A stretch of 64,000 nucleotides of DNA from Macrostomum lignano (lineage: Eukaryota), in assembly GCA_002269645.1 (NCBI GenBank), contig NIVC01003025.1, forward strand, positions 350-64,349. Reading direction: 5' to 3'. The notes under the pieces were generated by a model. It saw only the letters and a program-made list of their open reading frames with translations. It made no database searches and was not told the DNA's origin. Positions 49,930 through 63,518 of this stretch are shown one piece after another. How positions within the stretch are numbered: position 1 is the stretch's first letter; each line of letters begins with the position of its first letter. The position numbers and the translations under genes were made by a program.

Positions 49930-52030
49930 GTAATATTTGCTGTTTCGATTGCGCCGTCAGGGGGCTGGCAGCGTGGAGGCTGGAGCCACTGGCAGCCAGG
50001 ACGTCGAGATGCTGAAGGCGGAGAAGCAGCCCTGTCTAGTGAATCTACGCAAAGAGTCGAGCATGCCCTGCTGCAGGAAGCTGAGGTCAGACACAGCTAG
50101 CTTAGCGGCAGCCCACGGCTTCAAAGAGAACTCGAATCAGTTACTCATTAACCCTGTGGTCATGCTGCTGCAGGAGCCCGTTGTGGAGCTCGGCAAAGTG
50201 TACCGCTGCTCCGTCGTTGCTTCGTGTAGAAACGATCAGAAACGCTGCTTCGTGTCGGGCGAAACCCAGACAGTTGACGTTATCAGGCAGACTTGTATTT
50301 AAAGTGAAAGAGGTTGCTGTTGACTCAAGGACGTTTGAAGCCTGGATCTCTGCGAATTATAGAATTATGCTGAAGTTGCTGCATGATGACGGCAGTCTGG
50401 TGAGTTATCATCCAGTTATATGCAGCTGATTATTACCTGTGCTTTGCGGTGTGCTGCATTTGTCGAGCTTTTTGACCTCGCGCGGGTTCGACAGCGGGTT
50501 CGTCACGGGTTCGTCACAAGGTTTAAATGATGAGTGCAAGTTGAGCAAGACAAACGAGATTTGGGATCGTGAGGATCTGATCTGGGACGGGTTGCCCATG
50601 CAGTACCTGATGGCACCACAGAATGACCATGCACTTGCTTGGAAAAGCTGTCAAAGCGGAGCCAGGAGCTGCTCCGACTAATCGACTTCAAAAAGAAATC
50701 TGAGTGCTCCAGATTTCACTTCCGTTTCGCTTATCGCTGTCGGCAATGCAGCCTCGGTCACTCCGAAGCGATGGCACACAGGGATGGGATAATTGGTTCA
50801 GAGCTGCTAGCCGGCCACTGCACTGACTGAATGAAGTTCTGTTTTAACTGAATTCTGTTTCAACTTTCCCTATTTTATCGACTGATGATACCATAAGCGG
50901 GCTGGAAGTATGAATATACGAATTGGAACGCATTGAATTTCCGCCTGCGAGCAATATCTTCATTCTGGATGGCGCTGCTAAAGGTTTTCGCATAACAAAT
51001 GTGCAGCCGGCCTTGCTGAAGGCAGTTGAGGTCGGCAACTATGAGTCGGTCCAAATGTACTCTGACGCGATTGAGTCCCAAATATTGGAAAGAGCTTCAC
51101 CTGGGTCGCTATCGTCAGTGCCGTTTGTCAGTCAGTCAGTGTCAGGTGGCGGCTGGGGGCGATCAATGCTCTGGGAGCTTTGCCGAAGGCGAACGGTCGT
51201 ATGCCCCAGATCTATGACTGCAGCCTGCCCGATGGTGCATTGGTGAACTCGAGGTAGGCGAGCGAGGGAAAGCTGCGCGGTTTTAGCGTTTCGAAAGCCT
51301 TGCCCGGAAGCTGACAATAGGCTGCTTCATGACCAGAGGTGGACCTGAACAAGGCGTGCTGTGCATGTGGTGTGCATCTTGTTTGATAAATTTGTCAACA
51401 CTGGGCTCAAGTTCTGTGATTCTGCCGCCTCGACATACCTGTACGATCCACGCCTGTCACTTTCGTGTCACGTGCTTCCATCGCCGGCCTTAGTAATGCT
51501 GTTCATCTGATGATGGCGCGCAAACGCTTCATCAACACTGAGTCCTACCTGGATGACTTTGCCTTCTGGGTTACAGAGATTGGATGCCAGCACTTCTTAA
51601 ACCAGCTGATCGTTCTGGTCGTAGCTGGATTTCGCCGTCAACCGAGAGCTAAGTGTCGATCACTGTCGTAGCGGATGCCATTTCTGGGCACTGAGTTCGA
51701 CACTGCAAGGAATCAAGAAGCTGCCCTACGAAAATTCGGGGAAGTTGATTCGGTCCGGTCAATGAGGATTGAGTCGGTCAAGGTGAGACAGAGTCAGCGG
51801 GCGCTCAAGTAGCTCATTGGCAAGCTTTAATTGGGTCGCAGGCCATCATGGGAGACACTACAACTGCTGCAGAAGGTCGCGCTTATGTGCCTGCAGAGGA
51901 ACTTGAGCGTTCGAGCTTTTCACGTTTCAGCTGAATTTCAGATTTGTGCCGAAGCCGCACGTCAACACATCTCGCGTCTGTCAAGAGAAAAAAAAGTTTC
52001 ATAGTTTTGCATGTACATGTAGCTCGTATT
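49930..52030 (+). mobile_element. Decayed DIRS/Ngaro-like retrotransposon (gag-like and RT fragments)
   Basis: FILDGAAKGFRI..NYES, INALGALPKANG..IYDCSLPDGALVN (from 51162), DLNKA and YLDDF (51546-51560). No tyrosine recombinase or terminal repeats seen; boundaries approximate. Confidence 0.6.
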
Positions 52031-54202
52031 TAAGACGTTCTGCTGCTGAGTCAGGTGAGGATCCAGTGAGGGGGCAATGAGCCGTGGCCAACAAAATTTG
52101 GGCCATACTTTTTTGGCCTGCAACTATGCCAGGTCTATTTTCTAATTTTGGTTTGTAGTTGCTTGGTATAGCTTGCCCCCCCCCCTCAAAATTTTTCTGG
52201 ATCCGCCCCTGGCTGAGTTACATGCCAAAATACACAACGGAGATGGGATCATATTTTAAATATGAATTATTCCTAGAAAAAGGTATTTAAAACTTAAGAC
52301 CTCTTATGTAGTTATTCAACTACGCTGCGTCAAACTGTGTAAAATTTCATAGAGTTTCGTTGAAGTAACAAAAAGTTACAGCAGCTGTTGGTAAGTTTGA
52401 ATGTGAATGCCAATGTCAATCGGAAACTGATCAATAAGTCGTCGTCAAACCTGAAATTACAGCTGCAGCTAAGTTATAATTCTAACAAAATGATGGACAA
52501 GCAGCTGTATCTTTTGAAAAAAATCAATCACTAGTAATACTAGTAATAATAAGTTCAATACTAGTAATAAAATATCTTCGGTGATTAAAAAACCTACATG
52601 CACCAGCTTGTACATAGCATCTTACGGCTCTCTTTTCGGGAAAGTTTTCATTTTGTCATTCTTATTCTCATCTTACCACAATCTTGAATTTTTAGCACTT
52701 TTAGCGTATTACGAGATATGCAGGCATATATAGTGTCATCCGACCAGTCAAAACAGATTTTTTCTCATGTATTTGATTGATGGATCAATGTCAGGTACGC
52801 CCGTGCCCTGACGAGAATATTCACGGATCGGGACCTAACCTTAGCTGGTTCTTAGCATTGAATTTCACGCGAAATTAACCAAATTTCCCACTTGATAGAC
52901 CGTAAGCGACGTAAAAATAGATGGATTTCAATTCAACTTTTTTTCTGCACCATGAAAGAACAATTTCATGAAAAACCATCGCCTCAGTAAAATTTTAACG
53001 TACTCGCTAATGTACATGTGACGAATCTTACAGACTTTGTAACCATGCATGTGTGTGTATAGTGGTGTAGTGTAACAGAGGACCTGACCTTTAGTTTGTG
53101 ACTTTCCTTAATTAGCTTGTCTTGCCTTGGAAATTAGGAAACCAGCTGGTTTTATTGTCTCTAGCTAGGTAAAAAGGCTTCCCCTATGCAAAAGTTCTCG
53201 CTCTCAGCATTAACTAGACTATCCTCCAGTGAGCCTCGCATCGAGTCTCTGAATTGGCCCGTTTCTAAGCTAGTTTCACCCCTTAATCCTCGTCCGTAGC
53301 GATGATCGTTAGTAGGAGCCTCGAGTCCCTGGGTGTCTTTTGTCCAAGAACCATGCAGTATAACAGGAGATAAAACTCAACGATCGTGTATGCCCTGTGT
53401 ATGCATGTATGTAAGAACTAATACATTTATGTATTGAAATGAAATTATACCTACAATAATAGCTTAAGAGTACCTCTATGTAACATTTTTATTGCAGATA
53501 TACTTTATTCAAGAAGGAACAAAGCAAAAGTTAAGCTAATGCCACTTGTGAGTATTTACAACGTTGGACTGATGAAATAAATGAAAAAAAAAGATTTTTT
53601 CTATCTCCGCAGTGTATTGTTCCAGGAAATCGGCCTCCAAGAAATCGCACTATCTTTGAGTTTTACGTCCTGTTATACTACACTGGTCCTTGCTTTGTCA
53701 TGTACTAAGAAATACCCCAGGGCCCACTTAGTCTGACGAGTTAGTTTGCGGGACCTTGGCCACTCCGACACCTGACCATGCAGGTACCCTAACGACATAT
53801 GGTGGGCACGTCTAAGGGCGAGGCCTGGCTTCTGCACTATCAGCGTCGATGTCCGGATCGAACAATATACTGGGGAGAACTTTCCGATTGTAAATTTGAT
53901 AAAGTCTGCTACAGTGCGATGTATTTCTTCTCGTACTAAGCGGATCTAGCTGGCGCATTCAACGCCAGTGTCGCTTCAACTGCAGTTACTTACGTGCAGG
54001 GTGCTCAATTTCGAGCAGCAGCAGCTAAAGCCAGTGCCTATCGATTTGATTTACAAGCTGCTCGCACAGATTGCAGGGTAGCAAATAGGCAACTGGACTG
54101 TAGAATTTCCACCTGTTCGGCAAACAGAGTGCCAGCTTGCTCAGCTTATAATCAGAGCCGGATGGCGAAATAGGCCGCTTCTATCGGCTCAGCTGTGCAG
54201 CC

Positions 54203-55261
54203 ATGCCACTCGTATTGTTCGAGAGCGCCTGCACAACGGCAAATTCGCACGCAGATGCTCCTCAAACTACTGCCAATACTTCGTCGTCCGCGCTGCCGCT
54301 GGCCCTTCTGGCGGTGCAGGCGTTGGTCGGCCTGCTGTGCGGCGGCGGGGTGAATCTTCTGGCCACGCGGCTGCTGCTTCTGCGCGGTGGCAGCGGCCCG
54401 TTCTGGTTCGCCGCCGGCTGGCTGTGCGGCCTCGGCCTGCCCGCCGAAGCGTTCAACTCGCTGGACAGCCTCGTGCACGTAGTCACCGCTTATCCCGGCC
54501 TGCTGCCAGGCTCTGGCTACTACGCTGCAATCGCCCACCTGCACGCTCCAATCTCCGCTCTGCAGGTGTGGCTGGACTCCGCCCAGTCCTGCCTCACCGT
54601 GGCTTTGGTGGCCGCTCGAGCCGTCGATGTCGCCTCGGCGTCAACCGGCAAGCAGAGTCGGCTGCGTCGGCGAGTCTCCAATGGCCTTATCGCTGCTAGC
54701 TTCTGCCTGGTGGCCAGCCTTGCCGCTGCCCGCAGTCTGGTGGTGGTGCGAACTGTCTACTGCCCTGCTGGCCTTCGAGTCACCTACACCTACGGCCTGC
54801 TCCCGGAGTACCTTTCGAACGTCTGGCTGTACGTGTTTCGATTAGCCGGTCCGCTGGGTCTCTGCTTACTGTTCAACCTGCTTCTTGTCGGAGCCACCGT
54901 CCGGCGTTTGAGGCGAAGCCGGCGACGCCTCCGCCTGGCCGAAGCCCGCGTGTTCAACGAACGCCTGTCCCGCGGCGGCCGGTGCACGCTAATGGCCCTG
55001 CTGTACAGCCTGATCTACCTGCTATGCCAGGCTCCGGTCCTGCTATGGGAGTTCTCCCGACTCTTGCTGCAGAGTCAAGACGGCGGTGACTCCGAGCTAG
55101 GGGCTCTCTTGCTGCTGCTAGGCGGCAATCTGGCCGTGTCGCTGAGCTCCGCTTTAAACGCTCTTATCTGCGCTCTGTTGGGCCCTCGGGCGCGTTCAGA
55201 AGCCGCCGCTTGTTTGAGAGCGGCTGTGCGCGGTGAGCGCAAAGCGTCGATTCACTGCTGA
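54203..55261 (+). CDS. Intronless divergent class-A-like 7TM receptor, 352 aa
   Basis: About 7 hydrophobic segments; basic third loop (RRLRRSRRRLR); TM6 LIYLLCQAP and TM7 ALNALIC. The DRY position reads ARA. Confidence 0.65.
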   Translation: MPLVLFESACTTANSHADAPQTTANTSSSALPLALLAVQALVGLLCGGGVNLLATRLLLLRGGSGPFWFAAGWLCGLGLPAEAFNSLDSLVHVVTAYPGLLPGSGYYAAIAHLHAPISALQVWLDSAQSCLTVALVAARAVDVASASTGKQSRLRRRVSNGLIAASFCLVASLAAARSLVVVRTVYCPAGLRVTYTYGLLPEYLSNVWLYVFRLAGPLGLCLLFNLLLVGATVRRLRRSRRRLRLAEARVFNERLSRGGRCTLMALLYSLIYLLCQAPVLLWEFSRLLLQSQDGGDSELGALLLLLGGNLAVSLSSALNALICALLGPRARSEAAACLRAAVRGERKASIHC

Positions 55262-55509
55262 TGAGAAGCTTTCATTGACAACTACGCCCAGCTCGGCTCC
55301 CTCCACCCCTGCACTGACTCAACAAAAATTTCTGAGCAATCATCTGTCACTAGATGTGGCTAATTTTTTATTCGATGGCGTCTATGCTTAAGATCTTGTG
55401 TCTGATTGTTTATATAGTCAATCATTTAATAAATAAAATATCTTAACAGTCAACAGACCCTAATTCAAACAGCTTCGTGTACTTTTACGAACTAAAATAA
55501 CTAACAAAA

Positions 55510-56350
55510 TCAGATGCCTCACGGATAGGCAGGCCTCATGCATCAGATGCCTCACGAATAGCAGGCCTCATGCATCAGATGCCTCACGAATAGCAGGTCT
55601 CATGCATCAGATGCTTCACGAATAGCAGGCCTCATGCATCAGATGCCTCACGAATAGCAGGCCTCATGCATCAGATGCCTCACGAATAGCAGGTCTCATG
55701 CATCAGATGCCTCACGGATAGCAGGTCTCATGCATCAGATGCCTCACGGATAGCAGGTCTCATGCATCAGATGCTTCACGAATAGCAGGTCTCATGCATC
55801 AGATGCCTCACGGATAGCAGGCCTCATGCATCAGATGCCTCACGAATAGCAGGCCTCACGCATCAGATGCCTCACGGATAGCAGGCCTCACGCATCAGAT
55901 GCATCATGGATCGCAGGCCTCACGCATCAGATGCATCATGGATAGCAGGCCTCATGCATCAGATGCCTCACGAATAGCAGGTCTCATGCATCAGATGCCT
56001 CATGGATCGCAGGCCTCATGCATCAGATGCATCATGGATAGCAGGCCTCATGCATCAGATGCCTCACGAATAGCAGGTCTCATGCATCAGATGCCTCATG
56101 GATCGCAGGCCTCATGCATCAGATGCATCATGGATAGCAGGTCTCATGCATCAGATGCCTCATGGATCGCAGGCCTCATGCATCAGATGCATCATGGATA
56201 GCAGGCCTCATGCATCAGATGCCTCATGGATAGCAGGCCTCATGCATCAGTTGCCTCACGAATAGCAGGTCTCATGCATCAGATGCCTCACGAATAGCAG
56301 GTCTCATGCATCAGATGCCTCACGGATAGCAGGTCTCATGCATCAGATGC
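55510..56350. repeat. 32-bp minisatellite GCAGGCCTCATGCATCAGATGCCTCACGAATA
   Basis: Period 32 (55561 to 55593); about 26 copies; internal GCATC-A-GATGC palindrome. Confidence 0.97.
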
Positions 56351-56849
56351 CTCTTGGATTAACGGGTCTCCAAAATTTGATACATTAAAACAAGCAACGT
56401 TTTATTGCTTCTTTCTGTTCTAGATCTAAATTTTGACAATCTTGTTCCCATTATACTAGTGCTGCTGCTTGCGGTACTTGGTATGGACTTGTTTTTTTCA
56501 GATTCAAGACTCATTAAGCCTGCTTGCAATCGGACATAGGCTCGAACTAGTAAAAAGAGAACTGATGCACCCTATCACTTTGCACGTAGCTCGGATATCA
56601 TCAGAGTCTTGGCCATGCGACCACTAGAACTACTTAATTCGTCCTTGTGTGAGCATTGAAGAGGAACCATCAGTACCTGTTGGAACTTCCAACATGGGCT
56701 ATCCAAAGCCCATACTGCTTTGAAGTGCACTGATTGGTGGAGAAACCACAGGCTTGTCAGATAAAAGTCAAGGAGTCTTTCTTAGTAATCACAAACGAAA
56801 ATTTGAATAAGATACTAGTGAGCAAAATTTGCTTGCAAGTCTGCTATCA

Positions 56850-57860
56850 ATGGAGTTCGCTACCAACGCAACAATCGATGACTCCCAGCTACAGGAACTG
56901 ATCGATGAAAGTGTCTTGCGCTACAGGAACAACAGGGCCGTGAACAGCGTACAGTTGGTGGCCGCCCTCGCATCTCTGTGCGCCAACTCGCTCACCATCT
57001 ACGCCGTCTCGAGATCCAACCTGCTGCGCGCAAAGTCCTTCTACATCCTGGTGGCGAACCTCGCCGTCGCGGACGCATTTCTGGCGATCGGCTACATCTA
57101 CGTGACTATAAGGCGTTGTCATGACGACCTGGTCGGCCTCGGAAACCTCCGGACAGAACGCGAATGTCTGCTAGACGTTGTTCCTCTGATGCTGGGCATC
57201 GTCGGCTCCATCATTTTTACTGCGGCCACCTGCTTCGACCGAGCATTCGCTGTGCTCGTTCCGCACCGGTACAGCCGGAAGCGGGCCGCCTACCCGTGGC
57301 CTGTGGTGCCCGTCGCCTGGTTGTGCGCTGTGGCGGACGTGACGGCCCTGTCACTCACGCTGGAAAATCCGAACAGGATCACTACCATGTGCACCATCGT
57401 GGAGGTCTCTGGGGATGAGTACACCATGTGGAACCTGGTATCGACTATTGTGTACAGTTTTTTGGCCATGATTCTCAGCGGGGCTTGCGCCGTCCGAATC
57501 TGGCTGATGACCCGTGGGGCGGCGGTCTCCTCCCAGGAGCTTCTGGACAGCGTGCGCAGCGTTGTGATTGTTGGCAGCCTGGTGTTCTGCACTCAGGTGG
57601 TCACCAGAGTCGGTCTCTTATACATTGTCGCACTGCCTAAAAGTGAGCGATCTGCCTACAGCAGTCTTGCTCGACTGCCGCAGTTACTGTGTGGTGCCGC
57701 CAACCTCTGGGTGCACCTGACTAGATCTGGCGTCTTTCGTCGCGAGGTGCAGGCCCAGTTTCAGATTGCTAACCGCTGCAGGAACTCGGTAATGTGTTTT
57801 TTACAATGTTTTGGGATCGATTTACTCGTACGGGTGTACCTCATAAATTTTAATCCCTAA
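56850..57860 (+). CDS. Class-A-like 7TM receptor (Srsx/chemoreceptor-like), copy A
   Basis: N-glycosylation site NAT; TM1 ANSLTIYAV, TM2 VANLAVADAFL, TM3 CFDRAFAVLVPHRY. The C-terminus may splice at about 57788. Confidence 0.8.
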   Translation: MEFATNATIDDSQLQELIDESVLRYRNNRAVNSVQLVAALASLCANSLTIYAVSRSNLLRAKSFYILVANLAVADAFLAIGYIYVTIRRCHDDLVGLGNLRTERECLLDVVPLMLGIVGSIIFTAATCFDRAFAVLVPHRYSRKRAAYPWPVVPVAWLCAVADVTALSLTLENPNRITTMCTIVEVSGDEYTMWNLVSTIVYSFLAMILSGACAVRIWLMTRGAAVSSQELLDSVRSVVIVGSLVFCTQVVTRVGLLYIVALPKSERSAYSSLARLPQLLCGAANLWVHLTRSGVFRREVQAQFQIANRCRNSVMCFLQCFGIDLLVRVYLINFNP

Positions 57861-58610
57861 GGCCAGAAGCACGAGTTTTCCCCCTTTCGCACCTGCAGCC
57901 GATCAAGCTACTGAAATTACATTTACTAAATTCGCTGTGTGAAAGTCGTTGCTTCCTTGAAACCCATGATTACCGTCAGGTGTGCTTGAAGCAACTATTC
58001 AGTCTGGGGAAGTGACGGACGACCTTCTAAATTCAGTTGCTACAGGCCTGTTGTGTGTCACAGTATGCAGCTGTTCTTATTCAGTCAAACTGCTCAGAAA
58101 ATTTTTGAGTCATATGGCTAATGCCATCTTTCAATTGGCTATTTTTAAGCGAGTCAAAGAGTTACTGCAGGTGGAATTCCAGCAGGTGGCAATGTGCTTC
58201 CCGTTCAAAATTCAATTTGTTCTTTCACTTCAACTCGTAATTAACTTCATGTATATCTCTACATTACATACAGGTAACTGCCGCATAGAGGAGGAATGAA
58301 GAGAATTCGATGATTTCTGTAACTTTTGATTTGAACTGACACTGAACAATTTGTTGAAACGTTTCGAAGAAATAAATTCTTTAAAATATTTGGCTAGTTT
58401 GGTTAGTTTGGTTAGTCGCTTTGGTTAGTTTGCACTTAACTTTATGGAATAAGTAGCATCGAAAGGATATAAAAGTAAAATTTGCTATCAACTTCCTTCC
58501 TTCTGGCCCACGTTAAGTTATTCTTAACCGATACCGCTCCGTAAAATGGGTTGATTCGGATGCTATCGCACAATTTAGTTTGAAGCAAGACCTGGGAGAG
58601 TCATTAAATT

Positions 58611-59087
58611 TATGAGGGAGGGGTGAGCAATAAGTTTCCGGATGTAGACAGAAATAGTAGGAGAAAAACTTCAAAGTACTGTCCAGAATACTCAATGCAA
58701 AGTTGCATCTGCTCAAACCACGCCCTGGAACAGCTGGACCAGTCTGAAGCAGCTAGGTACTTTCTCAAAAAGTCACAAGGGGCCAGGTGGGGCTGTAGGG
58801 TGAATAGCCAAGTTCTTGGATGCGCTCTCAAGGACTACTATATAACTATATGTTACTTTAGTCGGCCAGAAACTCCTCACCTGCCGAGTCTTGTGAGAAA
58901 GATGCCCCGAGCTCGAGTCCTTTAGCGACGCCTGGAGAGAGCGCTCAGCACTTCTGGTAGTTGGCGCACCAGTCATGTGTCTGAATTTTTGCAGCCACTG
59001 TACTAAGATATTGTACTTAAACACCTAAGGTTTCGCCAGTCGCCTCTCAACTATGTACATCCAGAAACTTATTGCTCAGCCCTCGTA
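58611..59087 (-). mobile_element. Internally deleted mariner element
   Basis: TA-flanked TIRs TA(C/T)GAGGG..GAGCAATAAGTTTC(C/T)GG at both ends; frameshifted HP.YSP(D)LAPCDF motif and C-terminal W..MQLCIEYSGQYFE. Confidence 0.8.
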
Positions 59088-62000
59088 TGGCTGCAGTGTA
59101 CAGCTGAAATTATTTGCGACCCGTGCCCTCATCACAACTGTAATGAAGTTTCTATTAGCAATACTTATGAGCTCGTTTTGTGGTTTCATTGCATAGCTAA
59201 TTAGTTGTTCAACAGGTGAATGCTTCGCAGTGAAGAAGCGTTAACTCTACGAGTCTGTGACTCGGCCCATCAACGTTTATCTGCTTACATTGTTGTGTTG
59301 TAGTTTTTTCAGGATATTGTATAACTGTCTTACCGTCGTTTTTGAAAGTTGCTACCAGCCTTGGGTCATGACGCTTCTCCATGTTAATCAAAGTGCCGAT
59401 TGTTTTAAGATAAATATAAAGCGTCGTTTGCATCATGCTATGACAACTATTCCCCCAGTAATGTGGAAATTAACTACCATGGTTAAGGCGCATCGAGACG
59501 GTGCAATTCAGTAGATCTAAAAAAGTCAAGAAATTTTGCCCGAACCATAATTGTCTTTAAATTTAATGATTCTAACGAAACTAGGTCATCAGAACTAGCG
59601 CACCCTTTTCTGATACAGTTATTATTTGCCATCCATGATTTATGGTTAAAATGAAGCGCTCGGCAGTTCGTAGTTCTGATTAGGGATTCGATTCCAAAGA
59701 CAGGCTTTGATCCTCTCTTGATGCAGTATCAAGAGGTTGCGCAGTTGGTTCTCCCGGAAGCCTCAGAGGTTGTGCATGATCCCTTCTCCGCAGCCAGAAG
59801 AGCCACAGGAAGGGAACTCTTCTGTGTGCTTCGGTTCATTACCTCGATTCTATCAAATATTCCACAGGGAAGCTGCTTCCCTTCCTGCCCGCCATCACCC
59901 CGCTCCTATGAGCGTCACTTGGTCGTGCAGGAAATGCTACATCTCTAAGACAGTCGACCGGCTTGTAAATTAATTTCCCTCTCGGATTTGAAGTCGAACA
60001 GAATCGAGTCAGATGCAGTCCGCAGTGAGTAATGGAGTATTTGCTACAAACATTTCCTCGTAAGTCTGGGGGGATTCGTGCATCAACGAAAGGAAGCAAG
60101 ATATCTTGAATCGATTTGAACATTTTTGCCATCGGGATTACACCTCGTACTGTTACTAGCTTGCCGTTATAATATGCATTATCAACAATTATTTTTTTTT
60201 CATTTCTTATCGGTTTAATCTGGTTGGTGCTCAAAGTAGGTCAGGACTTGCTTTCGACGGTCTTTTGTTCCATGAACGAGCATGGCAGGTCAGTTTTCGA
60301 GACATTCCTGTCTTGAAACTACGAAAGCTTTTTTCTTCGAAAATGAGGATTCCAGAATACGGGTGGTCCGAGTCTTAGACTCCTGGTGGACCCACCCTAA
60401 CTCCCAGCACCGCTAGGCTCCCCGTTTAACATCAGCAACAAACGCAACGCTAAGTCCTTATGGATACTACTATTGGTTTTTGTTTAATATTGCGACATGG
60501 GAGTCGGTGTACGCAAAATTAAAGAGCATGGCTGTTTTTTTCCTCGTTGAAAGCAAGACTAAGTGCGTGAATTTACTGCATATGTATCGTTAACTACGCT
60601 GCGAGTGGAGATGAAAATGCACTCAAAGGAAATCTAATTTTTTGTAGTTGGGAATAGCTTAAAGAGTAACAAAGATTTGCGTTTACGCTACTGTTAGTAG
60701 TTTCAGTTCCAGAAATTTAGATTGGTTACTTAAGGCGTTGTGGGATTTTCTATAGATAAACTGCTATGGGCTCCCGGGAAAGCATATAATCCTGTCCGTT
60801 GGGTCGGGATCGCCTAGGTCTAACTTAGAAAAAAAGAGGTCTTCAAATAAAGGGAGTCAAGCTCAAGCACCCATAGAAGGAAAATTTAGGTGTCAATTAC
60901 CGTTCCGTATCAAGGTTACATGTATGATGTAAAATTATTCTTTTAATGATGGAGTCTTTATAAAAAATAAACTATAATGGCTTCCTGTCCTCATTCTTTA
61001 ATCCAACATGATAGGATTAAGGAAGCTTAGAGCTGGTGGCGTCGAACCATCGAATCCCAACCAATACAAAAATGCACCAGAGTGAATAAAATAACCAGTA
61101 AACTAGGCCAAACAGTCACCATTGCATATTAATGACGGATGTTTTTTCCTTCCTATCTAAGATCTCGAGTGCACATCTGTCACGGACAGAAAGGCCGTAG
61201 AAACGTAAAATAAAAGCTGTAAAACCGTGCAGTTACGAGTATCTGTATGTGTTGGTATCGTTTTAACCGGAGTAGCAGTAAGAAGTAATTCCATTAGTTT
61301 ATTGGCGCGTGTCAAGAGCGGGAGATGCCGTCAGGCGATGGTATATTTTTAGCTAGAATAATTGTCACAACCGATTTTTGACACGACACCGACTGTTTAA
61401 ACTGCACTTCCATGCTTCTTTTGCTTTTCTGGATCAGAGATAAGCCAGTTTTGACTAGGAGTTAGCTTAGCAACGCCAAAAGACAGAATAAATAGTGAAA
61501 AATGCATCAAGGCTCAAAATCGGGCCGTACCATCTACTTAGAAAATTTATGGGCTCGTTTGTGTGCAGGAAAATATGGCCATTTACCCACGATTAATATA
61601 GGATGCGATACAATTTGCAACACGACTTTCAATACATAAGAAGTGTACACGCGTGTATATACGAGTGTATATGCTTTATGAGCTTACTCGCAAAAGGTTT
61701 AAAGGTTCTAAATAGTTTAAAGGCTTCCTGTCGACATGATTTCAATGAACGTTAAGGTAGAAACTGCAATACCACTGAAATCTACTTTTCCTGCTTAAAA
61801 GTCTGTAGCGATGGTGCAAGCGTTCCAACCGACCGATTAATCACCCTTTTAAGACAAACAAAGCTCTACAGAACACCCAATAAGACACCCATGGCATGCT
61901 CAAGCGTTTTTTCCTACAATTTCAAATTAAATTAACTAGTTAACTAGATTATAGCGTAAGAGGCCTTGCAGCCCATGCTCTATATTCGTCGCCCATTAGC

Positions 62001-62120
62001 TCATACCGGTACCTGGTCCTTCACTGGCATATTTACATGTTCACACAAGACCTGCCCATTCTGGAATACATTTATAAAATTCGCCGTACACCAAAGTTTT
62101 TCTACGTTCGTTCTTCGAAC

Positions 62121-62660
62121 CGGATGGCTGCTCGGAGATGAAATGGGTCTCTTCGAACCAGATGTCTGCTCGGAGATGAAATGGGTCTCTTCGAACCGGA
62201 TGTCTGCTCGGAGATGAAATTGGTCTCTTCGAACCAGATGTCTGCTCGGAGATAAAATGGGTCTCTTCGAACCGGATGTCTGCTCGGAGATGAAATTGGT
62301 CTCTTCGAACCGGATGTCTGCTCGGAGATAAAATGGGTCTCTTCGAACCGGATGTCTGCTCGGAGATGAAATTGGTCTCTTCGAACCAGATGTCTGCTCG
62401 GAGATGAAATGGGTCTCTTCGAACCGGATGTCTGCTCGGAGATGAAATGGGTCTCTTCGAACCGGATGTCTGCTCGGAGATGAAATGGGTCTCTTCGAAC
62501 CGGATGTCTGCTCGGAGATAAAATGGGTCTCTTCGAACCGGATGTCTGCTCGGAGATGAAATTGGTCTCTTCGAACCGGATGGCTGCTCGGAGATGAAAT
62601 TGGTCTCTTCGAACCGGATGGCTGCTCGGAGATGAAATGGGTCTCTTCGAACCGGATGGC
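62121..62660. repeat. 38-bp minisatellite GGATGTCTGCTCGGAGATGAAATGGGTCTCTTCGAACC
   Basis: Period 38 (62401 to 62439); about 14 copies. Confidence 0.97.
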
Positions 62661-63518
62661 ACACTTTTATTGGACAGAAGCCGATTCAAAAACAGACAGA
62701 TGTCCTTCTAAAGCAGACACAATATTTTGTATTTCGCAGGATACGACTGACTACTGTAACAACTTGGCTTTACGATTGCACTAGCCGAAAACCCTTATTT
62801 TTTAATCTCTTACTGTGGCGACTTGTATATTTGACAACAATATTGAATTGATAGAAAAGGTACTAAAACGCGAAATAGCAATTGTACATGCATGCAACAT
62901 GTGTAAGCGACAGTGTACGCACCAACGAATTTACAGAGGAGATAAAATAGCTAGAGCAGCACAACCCCTAACACAGACACGAAACAACCAGCACCAACAC
63001 CCTGGACACACGCGACACCCGCCACACGCTACCACAACTACTCGTACCCGTACTCGCAACTAGATTTCCGTTGCAAAGGATGCTCTTGCACCACGTCAAA
63101 AAGCTCTTCATATCTATTAAAACGGCACTAGCTACTTTATCAAAAAATTCAGGATGCATTAAAACCCTCTAATGGGTTCTAATAAAAAGGTTCTTTTAAG
63201 ATCTCTTATCTTGGAGACCACAGTTTGCATTCATGTAGTCAGTTAGGCCAGTATTGTAACAGGAGACGTTTATTAATCCATAAAAGATTCAATCGGATCT
63301 TCCTCCAGGACCAAAGCCGACCTTGAAAATAAATCACAAACAAGGACATACGACAGCGATTTTTAGCTAAATCCGGTAGAATAGCCAGTCAACAGGGCAG
63401 TATGTTGACAAATCCAGATTCAAATTAAAAAAACACAGCGATTGGATAACAAAATCGGTAAATTCATATTTAAATCAAACAGCAGCTGTGTCAGTAATAC
63501 CAACCGAGAATCACACTG

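Noticed and set aside
52050-52212. Small MITE bounded by GGATCCAG / CTGGATCC
   Set aside because: The inverted match is short and no TSD was found.
53730-53760. Hammerhead-like CTGACGAG with an upstream GAAA
   Set aside because: Stems I and III and the cleavage triplet cannot be formed.
59640-59700. tRNA or SINE head (GATTCGATTCC B-box-like; a similar motif at about 61030-61060 on the minus strand)
   Set aside because: No convincing A-box or cloverleaf.
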